From positions 150,001 through 182,000 of the forward strand of contig CP010514.1 of assembly GCA_001552015.1 (NCBI GenBank): 32,000 bases of DNA, read 5' to 3'. Below the pieces are notes generated by a model, which did no database searches, was not told the DNA's origin, and was given only the letters and a program-made list of their open reading frames with translations. Shown in pieces: positions 1-7,816 of this stretch; position 1 is the first letter of the stretch; every line of letters begins with the position of its first letter. This DNA is from Candidatus Nanopusillus acidilobi. Lineage in GTDB: Archaea; Nanobdellota; Nanobdellia; Nanobdellales; Nanobdellaceae. The translations under genes were made by a program, and so were the position numbers.

Positions 1-624
1 TTCATTTAATTGTTTTTCAAAGTTAAAATAATCTTCTATAAAGAATTTTTTATATTTATCAAAATATTTGCTAGATTTGTCTAGATAAATCTTAAAATAA
101 TTTGTTGGTTCTTTTTCAATCAATATTTGAAAATGTAAATGTTCCTGTGATGCACCTGCAGGAAATCCTTTATTTAAATTAATAAATATATATTTATAAT
201 CTCCTTCAGGTACCCTTTCATAGAATTCTTTTATTAGCATAAATGAATTATAAAGATCTAAATAATCTATTTGAGAGAAATTCTTTACATGTTTTTTATA
301 ATTTGGAACTAATACTGCATGATATTTTCCATATGGATATTTATTTGAAAAGAGGACAGAATTTCCATTATATATTTTCTTTGAAAAATCAAAATCTGGA
401 GCTTCATTATCAGGATCACAAAAAGGACATTTTGATTTTTTTGAATAAATTTTTCCATAATTTCTTGGTTTATTTTTTATAGATTTATTTATTCTTACCT
501 TGAAATTAGTTATTGGGTCGATTCTTTCTTCAATTATAAATCTTTCAAGTTCATTATTAAAAAAATTCCTTACATTATATTCCTGAGATATTAATTTTAT
601 GTCTTCATTATATATTCTTTCCAT
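1..624 (-). CDS. GalT-like HIT-superfamily nucleotidyltransferase (galactose-1-phosphate uridylyltransferase family), N-terminal 208 codons; gene continues past window start
   Basis: Absent from the ORF track because it is open at the edge. Reverse-strand ATG at 624-622, open to position 1 (624 nt, exactly 208 codons). Translation MERIYNEDIKL...SKCPFCDPDNE (CxxC zinc knuckle as in GalT)...FINLNKGFPAGASQEHLHFQI (HxHxQ nucleotidyl-transfer motif). Confidence 0.7.
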   Translation of the reverse strand, partial: MERIYNEDIKLISQEYNVRNFFNNELERFIIEERIDPITNFKVRINKSIKNKPRNYGKIYSKKSKCPFCDPDNEAPDFDFSKKIYNGNSVLFSNKYPYGKYHAVLVPNYKKHVKNFSQIDYLDLYNSFMLIKEFYERVPEGDYKYIFINLNKGFPAGASQEHLHFQILIEKEPTNYFKIYLDKSSKYFDKYKKFFIEDYFNFEKQLNE

Positions 625-699
625 TTTTAAGTTAGGGTCTTTAGTAAATAAAAATATTTAAATTTGGTTATCATTTAAATGATAACTAAAAAGAAATAT

Positions 700-1140
700 T
701 TATGAATGAATTATTGGTGATTGCCTATTTTGTTGATGATAGGCATCTAATTTTTGGCATTCACCTTTTTCAGATAGATATTTCCTAAAGATACCAAGTA
801 TTTCATCATAATCTTTTTTTATTAAATTATAATAGGCTACAGATTTATCTTTACTACTATTATTTTCATCAATTTTATATATTTCGTTTTCAATTTTATC
901 TATTTTGTCCAATATTTCTCTTCTTTTATTTTCATCTTCTTCGTATAAAAAAACTATAGTATGCGCATATTCTGATAATGTTAAGATTGTTTGTTTTAGT
1001 TCTCTGATATTATTAACTACTTCGGTTCTCGCTTTTGTATAATTTAATATATAATTGTTAATAAGATTTTTAATTTTTTTAAAATCTATAATTTCTTCTT
1101 TATTTTTTTCTTTTATTATTATTTCATCTAAATCATCCAT
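700..1140 (-). CDS. hypothetical protein, Lys/Glu-rich, predicted coiled coil
   Basis: 146-aa ORF with ATG start; heptad-like charged sequence (KIDKIENEIYKIDENN); no recognisable family motif. Confidence 0.5.
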   Translation of the reverse strand: MDDLDEIIIKEKNKEEIIDFKKIKNLINNYILNYTKARTEVVNNIRELKQTILTLSEYAHTIVFLYEEDENKRREILDKIDKIENEIYKIDENNSSKDKSVAYYNLIKKDYDEILGIFRKYLSEKGECQKLDAYHQQNRQSPIIHS

Positions 1141-1366
1141 AGTATTTTATAATTTCTTTTTTTATATTTTGGCCTTTATTTTCATATTTCTTATATAGTA
1201 CATTTGAAGAAAACAGTAATTTCATTTTAATATTTTATTTGTTAGTTTTATAAATATTTTTTAACAATTTATTACTGATGATTTGTTATCGATTAAATAT
1301 CTTTGTAGTCTTTGAAACTTTATATATTAATCTAATTTGACCAATTTAAATATCTTTTTATATTTC

Positions 1367-1864
1367 ATGATAAATTATTATAAAATGAGTGATCTGGGAA
1401 CGGCAATAGTGACAATTAGCGGTATAGCTATAGTAATAGTATTTCTTATATTGGAATGGATCATTATTACAATACCTGCTTATTTGGCTGCCAAACTTTT
1501 TGGTAGTGATGCATCATTTTCAAGGGCCATGGGTGCTGTTTTACTTTCAGAAATAGCAGCTGTCATAATAATAATATTTTTTATATTTATTTCGATTGTA
1601 TATAAAAGTTTCATATTAGGTATTTCAGGATTAATTATAGCCTTTATAGCTGTTTTAGGTGTATATAAATCTATGTTTAATGTGGGTTGGGGAGCAGCAT
1701 TTGGTATAATAATTGTATCTATTATAATAGTAATTATCTTTAATCTGATATTGTCCTTGTTTGGTATTAATATCTTTCCTTTACCTGGTGGCTCTCAATT
1801 GCAATCATTTTTATCCCCATTATTCAATCTAACCAATATTTTTCATGGCTTTAACCTAGGTTGA
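1367..1864 (+). CDS. multi-pass membrane protein, paralog family A (single module)
   Basis: Hydrophobic ORF. Shares the ordered motifs Y-x(2,3)-AK-x-[FL]-x(3,4)-SF and YK-x2-FN-x-[GS]W-x2-AFG-x2-IVS with 2825..3631 (twice) and 11092..11571. Start ambiguous: TTG 1337, ATG 1367 (MINYYKMSDLG) or ATG 1385 (MSDLG). The YYKM context is also present in the 11571 paralog. Confidence 0.7.
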   Translation: MINYYKMSDLGTAIVTISGIAIVIVFLILEWIIITIPAYLAAKLFGSDASFSRAMGAVLLSEIAAVIIIIFFIFISIVYKSFILGISGLIIAFIAVLGVYKSMFNVGWGAAFGIIIVSIIIVIIFNLILSLFGINIFPLPGGSQLQSFLSPLFNLTNIFHGFNLG

Positions 1865-2066
1865 AACATCTTAAATGTTTTTTAATAATTTTGAGATTTT
1901 TATATGAAGACTATTAGAAAATTAAAAAAATTTTATTTAAAGTAAATATATTTATATTATAGCATTAACAAATTTTAAAAATAATAAAATTATTATTCCT
2001 TTTATTAAGGTTTGGCTTATTATTCTCGTAGTAATTTTAATATTAATAGTAGGATTTTTTATAGCA

Positions 2067-2510
2067 ATGTATAATTCTCTAATAGCATTAAAGAAAAATG
2101 CAGAAAAGGCATGGTATGATATAGATGTATTATTGCAAAAGAGACATGATGTGTTAGCAAAATTAGTAGAAACAGTAAGTAGTTATTTAACATATGAAAG
2201 AACAGTTCTTGAAAAATTAACACAAATGAGAACTCAATATATGAATTTACCATCAAATGACATACAATCAAAAATAAATTTATCAAATCAAATTACAGGA
2301 GCTTTTAGATATTTATTTGCAGATACTGGAAAAATGATAGATATGAAGCCAGTAAAGGTTACTGTTCCAGATATGTCAACCGGAATTTTATGGTTATCTA
2401 TAACAAGGATATTTGGACGTGAATTCATTGGATGGGCAGCTTTAGATATATTCTTTGGAATAGGTTTTTTGATTTTGACAATTTGGATATTAACTAAATT
2501 TTTATTATAA
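2067..2510 (+). CDS. lemA: LemA-family protein (divergent C-terminus with extra TM segment); true start probably upstream of the first ATG
   Basis: MYNSLIALKKNAEKAWYDIDVLLQKRHDVLAKLVETV matches the LemA signature YNxLVxLRxxVxxAWsxIDVqLkrRxDLIPnLVEtV. The frame is open upstream to 1941 and encodes the expected N-terminal anchor helix (VWLIILVVILILIVGFFIA) with no ATG/GTG/TTG. Confidence 0.7.
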   Translation: MYNSLIALKKNAEKAWYDIDVLLQKRHDVLAKLVETVSSYLTYERTVLEKLTQMRTQYMNLPSNDIQSKINLSNQITGAFRYLFADTGKMIDMKPVKVTVPDMSTGILWLSITRIFGREFIGWAALDIFFGIGFLILTIWILTKFLL

Positions 2511-2824
2511 GAATTATTTATATATCAGTACCTAAGATAGATAAAAATTTAGAAAAAGAGATTATAGAGATAATAAAACCTGTTTTGTGTAATGCTTCAT
2601 AAAGTTTTTATATTTTTCAAATCTTTAATGTGTATTTGTCAGCAAGCGCCTTATAATATTCTGCAGATATTTTTACATCTTTTTTATGGAATATATCTTT
2701 CCTTTTTCAAAAGTTTCAAATATTATGTTTGTAACCTTTATAATGGAAAATATAATAAACTTATAAAAGTTAGATATTCTTTAGCTAAAAATATATATAA
2801 TTCGGAATTTTTATATTTTATAGA

Positions 2825-3631
2825 ATGAATGATCTAGAATTATTATCAGTAATTCTTGGGCTGAGAATCTCAGAAGCACTCATGATTCTTGTACTAGGAT
2901 GGATTATAGGTTCGATACCTATTTATTTTGTTGCTAAGCATTTTAATAAAAATGTATCATTTGAGAAGATTTTAGGTTTTATTATACTTTTAGGAATATT
3001 ATACTTTATAATAATAGTAAAATTTAATTATTTCTTTTATATAATTGGAATAATTATAGATTTTATAATATTTTTAAATTTTATAATATTTCTAAGTATC
3101 TATAAAATTGTATTTAATGCAAGTTGGAGAGTGGCTTTTGGTATGTCTATTGTATCTATTGTAGCTATCATGATAGAGATTATCTTAATATCGGTAGTAT
3201 TTGCGGTAGCTGATGGAATATCTACAGTATATATACCGGTAGGAAAAATGGAAATAGAAATTATTGGAATAATAATGTGGTTTATGTTGGGATTAATTTT
3301 GTCTGTAATATTTATCTATTTGATTGCTAAACTTCTTAATATAAACATATCCTTTTTAGAGAATTCAACAGTCAACTTATTTCCAGGAACATTATCTTTT
3401 ATAATAATCATAATTTCTGTCTTACTATATATATTAGCAGAAAACAATGTAGGATTCTTTATAGGAGCAGGTATAATTTTCATAGTAGTTTCAATTTCCT
3501 ATAAATATATACTTAATATAAGTTGGAGAAAAGCTATTCTTATGTCAATTATATTTAGTGTATTATGGCCTATTATTGGTCTAAAAATATTACCTTATTA
3601 TATTCATATCTATTATATGGCTTGTTGCTAA
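2825..3631 (+). CDS. multi-pass membrane protein, paralog family A (tandem duplicated module)
   Basis: 268 aa with two copies of the family A module. Copy 1: IYFVAKHFNKNVSF...YKIVFNASWRVAFGMSIVS. Copy 2: IYLIAKLLNINISF...YKYILNISWRKAILMSIIFS. Confidence 0.75.
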   Translation: MNDLELLSVILGLRISEALMILVLGWIIGSIPIYFVAKHFNKNVSFEKILGFIILLGILYFIIIVKFNYFFYIIGIIIDFIIFLNFIIFLSIYKIVFNASWRVAFGMSIVSIVAIMIEIILISVVFAVADGISTVYIPVGKMEIEIIGIIMWFMLGLILSVIFIYLIAKLLNINISFLENSTVNLFPGTLSFIIIIISVLLYILAENNVGFFIGAGIIFIVVSISYKYILNISWRKAILMSIIFSVLWPIIGLKILPYYIHIYYMACC

Positions 3632-4106
3632 TATATTTGTGTGTCCTTATAAAGTACATATACGGTATGATTCCATGTCGTATAACAGAAATTATCCGTC
3701 ATGGTTCCTGAATGAGTTGGGGTAGGTATAGCGTGGTATGATTTTTGGAGATAAGTTTTGGTATAGTTAATCTAGGTTAATTAATATAGTTTTTGTAATT
3801 CTAAGAACATAATTTCTATATAGAAAGGGCCAAAATGTTCCAGAACTAATTAGTTTTATATTAGCTTTAGTAATTCTATATTATCTGTACATTTAACAGA
3901 ATTTTTGTGGGATTTATATAATATCTATGGTAAATGAATAATATATGCTATTTATTATGTTTTGTGTATATCTTTTTAATACTCTTTAAAATTGATTCTA
4001 TTTTTTAATGTTACTAAATATTAAAAATTTTTAAACACATTTAAATGAAAGATCTTCCTTTTATTTAATATAAATTTTTTGATATAAAGAATATTTTATT
4101 GTTAAT

Positions 4107-4538
4107 CTAGTATTTTTTCTTCAAACAATTGTAAACTTCTTTAGACTTATAATAACAAAACATTGTAAAACTTATTATTATAAATATTATTATAATAAAT
4201 GTACCAAAGCTATATATTCCTGCTAAATATGAACTAATTATTGAAAAATAACTAGTTAGATGGTTATTATTCAAGATTATCTCATAAATATAAAATTTTA
4301 ACTCAAAATCTCCCATAATGGATATTAAAATGCCGGGTAGTAATAATAAATAGGAAATATTAAAGAGCATTATAAATATTTTAGCACTATTTGATATGTT
4401 AATTCTTAGAGTTATGATTAAAACTATTAGTGGTAAAATTAATAATACTAAGAATATTAAAGGATAATATGATAAAGATGCAACGTTACTTACTGAGGCT
4501 GTTATTGTATAATTAAAGCTAACGTTTGCTGTTACCAC
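4107..4538 (-). CDS. membrane protein, paralog family B (N-module only)
   Basis: GTG start. SNSAKIFIMLFNISYLLLLPG...IILNNNHLTSYFSIISSYLAGIY...FCYYKSKEVYNCLKK aligns colinearly with the N-terminal third of 7817..9061 (PNKTKIFILCFNMIYSLLLLY...VILNNMYMTSYFSIFSSILTEIY...MCLYKFKETRNFKEY). Confidence 0.6.
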   Translation of the reverse strand: MVTANVSFNYTITASVSNVASLSYYPLIFLVLLILPLIVLIITLRINISNSAKIFIMLFNISYLLLLPGILISIMGDFELKFYIYEIILNNNHLTSYFSIISSYLAGIYSFGTFIIIIFIIISFTMFCYYKSKEVYNCLKKKY

Positions 4539-4550
4539 ATTATGTTAATA

Positions 4551-4883
4551 TTAGTAATTCAAACTACGTTTAGACCGTTTAGCCTTTAGATAACACAAAG
4601 TATCCAATATCAAAAAGATAGACATTATCAGATCTTCGAATACATCAATTATATACTCTAATACATCCTTAAATTTTATTGTGCTATTTGAGATAGATAC
4701 TAACTCTGTAGTAGTTAGATTGGCTAATATGGTTTGTTGATTGGATGTTGCCACCTGCGATACCTCAATAGGAAATAATGCAAGCACGTATGTGGTTAAA
4801 AGGTATTGTACTAATAATATTATTAAAATTATTAATAAATCTTTTAAAAGATATTCAAAAAAGTTAGCTGTAATATCATCCAT
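4551..4883 (-). CDS. hypothetical membrane-associated protein
   Basis: 110-aa ORF with ATG start and one clear hydrophobic helix near the N-terminus. Same reading frame as 4107..4538, separated from it by TAA-TAT-TAA-CAT-AAT. Confidence 0.5.
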   Translation of the reverse strand: MDDITANFFEYLLKDLLIILIILLVQYLLTTYVLALFPIEVSQVATSNQQTILANLTTTELVSISNSTIKFKDVLEYIIDVFEDLIMSIFLILDTLCYLKAKRSKRSLNY

Positions 4884-5129
4884 AATCTTTTTTATTATGA
4901 GATAAATCTATAAACTTAGAGATTTACCAAAGACAATATCAAAATCATCGAGTCATATATATTAATGCTGCTATTATTGATATACCTTTTTGATGATGAA
5001 TTTAAAATATTTAAGGTATGATTAGTTTATATACTCCAAATATGTTTATAATTTTATAATATTTCAGCATATTTGAACATCTTTTAAGTTATATTATGAG
5101 CATTTTTAAGTTTATTAAACATACAAAAA

Positions 5130-5678
5130 TTACAATTGCCTAATAAACCAGTTGTAATAGTCCCATATATTTATAGTTCTGGCTCTTTGAATTAAATTAT
5201 AAAAATCTAATAAGTCGGACATGTTGGGATGTATAATTAAATTTTGACCTTCTAATTCTTTTACTTTAATAGGCCGTCCATTTACTTTTTTAGTTAAATT
5301 TAATAATTTTTTTATTTTAAAGGGTTCAACATTAGATAATTTCATTAAAAGCCAGTACATTCCAGCTATATAGTATATATATTTATTAGATGAATTTTTT
5401 AAATCCTCTAAATTTGGAATTTTTGTATTTGGTATTTTATATTTTATTAAGGGCAATCCATAATATAGTAAGATAGCCTTTACTTTACATTCTTGATCAT
5501 TATCCTCAATAGTCCATTCATCAATAAAGCTATAAAGTCCAAACTCGTCTAATAAGTATTTGTTTAATATTTTTTCTGCAATATCAATATATACAGACGG
5601 TGAATTATAACAAATTAGATAAATTTTATTATCTTTAAAAAAAGGTTTTTTTCTATTGCAGATATTGGTATGAAACAT
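5130..5678 (-). CDS. hypothetical protein (no recognisable motif)
   Basis: 182-aa ORF with ATG start, separated by one nucleotide from the stop of 5680..5964 (operon-like). Confidence 0.6.
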   Translation of the reverse strand: MFHTNICNRKKPFFKDNKIYLICYNSPSVYIDIAEKILNKYLLDEFGLYSFIDEWTIEDNDQECKVKAILLYYGLPLIKYKIPNTKIPNLEDLKNSSNKYIYYIAGMYWLLMKLSNVEPFKIKKLLNLTKKVNGRPIKVKELEGQNLIIHPNMSDLLDFYNLIQRARTINIWDYYNWFIRQL

Positions 5679-5679
5679 T

Positions 5680-5964
5680 TTAGTGTGAGTTTTTTGATAA
5701 ATCTTGTTTTTTGTTGCTTATATTTCTTATTAATTCTTTATAAATATTTTTTGATGCTTTATATGTATTTTTTAATGAATCAATTTCTGTTTTTATAAAT
5801 ATCATAACTTCTTCTAACAATTCTTTTGTAGCTTCGTCCTTTATTTGTTCTGAATCTAAAGCCTTTTGAAGTCTTGAATAATGTTGATTCAAACCATTCA
5901 CGATTTTCGATAACTCCCCCAAATATAAAGTTAATGCTGCTACTAATAATCTTTCATCATTCAT
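5680..5964 (-). CDS. hypothetical helical protein
   Basis: 94-aa ORF with ATG start; predicted all-helical, charged; immediately upstream of 5130..5678. Confidence 0.55.
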   Translation of the reverse strand: MNDERLLVAALTLYLGELSKIVNGLNQHYSRLQKALDSEQIKDEATKELLEEVMIFIKTEIDSLKNTYKASKNIYKELIRNISNKKQDLSKNSH

Positions 5965-6194
5965 AAATATTATATATTAGATTTATCTTATATTGTTTAT
6001 TATCTGAGCAATTTTTGCATAATTATGTTATTGCATAACAACGTAGGAGATCTTCCTGCATCCGAATTATCAATTATAATACTTTTATTTTCTTCTTTAA
6101 TCAATCTTTTTATTAACAGATTGATCCTTATAAAACTCATTCTAAAGTAGAAATAAACACATATAAAGATCTTTATAAAAATATAAATCCCTAC

Positions 6195-6400
6195 TATAAG
6201 TTAAGAAAAGGTGTTTTTCTTTATACTTTCGAAAACTATCAAAGATACAGTTTCTTTTACTCCTTTAATTTCTCTTATCTTATCTATTTCTGCTTTGGAT
6301 ATTTGATTCTATTTTGCCGATTTTTCTAATATTTTTTACAATCATTAGAGGATATTAAAAAATCTAAATAAGGAAGTTGAAATAAAATCTAATGAAATTA
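6195..6400 (-). pseudogene. decayed Lrp/AsnC-family paralog (C-terminal RAM-domain remnant with stop and frameshifts)
   Basis: 6195..6286 aligns with 9176..9266 (3' end of the intact lrp), including a 55-nt perfect match (6232..6286 = 9212..9266). Reverse translation gives SKAEIDKIREIKGVKETVSLIVFESIKKNTFS* versus GKAVLDKIREIKGVKETVSLIVFESVKETTFLNL*. Further upstream only weak, frame-broken similarity remains (PLMIVKNIRKIGKIE vs DMIAKVREKDVEG; QLPYLDFLISSND vs NLPEIQEVHIIAGDWD). The upper boundary is approximate. Confidence 0.65.
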
Positions 6401-6563
6401 AGAATTATTTATAGAATAGGCATCAAGCTTTTTATCTCTAAATTAATAGATTTATATATCTATATTTTATTAATATCTTTTCAGTTTAATAAAATAAATC
6501 ATTATAATAAATTATTTTTTAAGAGTGTTAAAGGTTTATAAAAAGGCAATAAAATGTTAATGT

Positions 6564-7505
6564 ATGTCTATAAACAATAATCAAATATTGATAGTATTTC
6601 TAATAGGCTGCTGGTCTATTCTGTTAGGAACATATTTTAGCAAATTTATAGAATTGTTATCATCAAATCTTATATCGGAAAATCTTACATCATTAATACA
6701 GATCATAGGGATTATAGCCATGTTTTTTCTTTCTGTATTATTAGCATCATATATAGTGCCAAAGATGAAGGATGAAAATGAAGGTATAGCACTAAAATTG
6801 ACCGTAGGGTTGTCTATATTGTCTATATTATATATAATTGGATTCTTATTAGCCATCATTTCTACTAATAATCTAACTATGTTTGAATGTTACGTAATAA
6901 TATTAATAATATCTATAATATCAATATTATTATATTTTTATCTCAGAGGGGAAGGATATTTATTTATGAATAGTAATGAGTTATTAAAAAATTTTGTATT
7001 TTGGGCAGTAATTTGGTCTATTATGTTGGGATGGTATTTCTTTAAATCTATAAAATTTATAGCATATGTATTGTCAACATCTCTAATATATCCATTATCT
7101 CTAATATACTCATCACCTATTATAGGGTTTATTTTCCTTATATTATTAGTACCATATTTTTTATCCGAGATAGAAGATTTAGATGATGAAAAATTAAAAA
7201 GATTATCTATTTATATAACGATATTATATCTAATAGGAGACATACTTGTTGTTAAAGTCGATTGGCTTATATTAATATGGATTGGAATATTTGCAGTTAT
7301 ATTATTTATATTGTCATTATTAGAAGGATTGGGCAAAGCGGAAAATGATTTGTTTGCATTACTTTTATTATTAGCAGGTTTTTTAATAATCATATTGATA
7401 ATGGGGATTATACTAAATACATTAGTAGGTTCTCTATTAATGTTAACAATATTAATAATCCAGGCTGTAATTATGATATTAATATATAATGCATATTATT
7501 ATTAG
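6564..7505 (+). CDS. polytopic membrane protein, paralog family B (two C-type modules)
   Basis: 313 aa, almost entirely TM helices. Internal repeat marked by CWSILLGTYFSKFIE and IWSIMLGWYFFKSIK. The same motif (SWSSLLGLNFFGIKK) occurs in the C-terminal half of 7817..9061. Confidence 0.75.
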   Translation: MSINNNQILIVFLIGCWSILLGTYFSKFIELLSSNLISENLTSLIQIIGIIAMFFLSVLLASYIVPKMKDENEGIALKLTVGLSILSILYIIGFLLAIISTNNLTMFECYVIILIISIISILLYFYLRGEGYLFMNSNELLKNFVFWAVIWSIMLGWYFFKSIKFIAYVLSTSLIYPLSLIYSSPIIGFIFLILLVPYFLSEIEDLDDEKLKRLSIYITILYLIGDILVVKVDWLILIWIGIFAVILFILSLLEGLGKAENDLFALLLLLAGFLIIILIMGIILNTLVGSLLMLTILIIQAVIMILIYNAYYY

Positions 7506-7720
7506 ACTAATGTAATACTATCGCATATTATTCATAAATGAGTAATAAATTACCGTTAGTTTATCTATAATTCATAATCAGGGTTTTTTATTATGAGTTC
7601 GGAAATTTGTATATTTGAAAAATCTAGTATTTATAATTTTTTGGATTGTAGTTTAGGTATATAACCTTTAAATTAAGTTTCTATTTTGGGATACAAAGAA
7701 GTTTAAACGATAATAAACTT

Positions 7721-7763
7721 TATATATGTATAATTACAATTAGTATAATTATGATTATACAAA
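7721..7763 (+). repeat. 43-bp perfect direct repeat, copy A (partner at 16026..16068)
   Basis: tatatatgtataattacaattagtataattatgattatacaaa is identical at both sites. It contains TATA-like tracts and an ATG followed by ATT ATA CAA. Confidence 0.9.
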
Positions 7764-7816
7764 ATTTCAAAGATAGAAAAGAAGAGATACCCCTGTTGAT
7801 GCCATATTTAATAATT

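Noticed and set aside
243-482. 79-aa + strand ORF from the track
   Set aside because: It lies entirely antisense to the much better supported GalT-like CDS (1..624, minus). The sequence is low-complexity with no motif.
1904-1945. 13-codon ORF (MKTIRKLKKFYLK) as the real LemA start, joined by a +1 frameshift
   Set aside because: The shift would have to occur within the 3-4 nt between the frame-0 stop (1938-1940) and this ORF's stop (1943-1945). It would also give an atypically long N-terminus. There is no slippery-site evidence, so a non-canonical start or sequence error is the simpler explanation.
2592-2828. 78-aa + strand ORF upstream of the family-A gene
   Set aside because: Phe/Tyr/Lys/Leu-rich and Cys-containing low-complexity translation typical of AT-rich spacer. 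It overlaps the next gene's start and shows no motif or paralog. Most likely promoter or spacer DNA.
4981-5030. tttgatgatgaatttaaaatatttaaggtatgatt as a C/D sRNA
   Set aside because: A TGATGA is present, but there is no CTGA/CAGA 10-13 nt downstream and no second box pair.
6195-6286. lrp fragment pair as a DGR template/variable-repeat pair (DGRs are known in Nanoarchaeota)
   Set aside because: Differences between the copies are not adenine-specific (they include g/c, t/c, g/a changes and an indel). No reverse transcriptase is nearby.
7672-7714. Short frame IKFLFWDTKKFKR* just upstream of repeat copy A as the missing upstream part (GrWWxk) of the DUF234 ATPase truncated at copy B
   Set aside because: Only about 6 residues of loose resemblance, in a different frame from the repeat ORF. 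There is no trace of the ~350-aa AAA region upstream, where a membrane gene ends at 7505.
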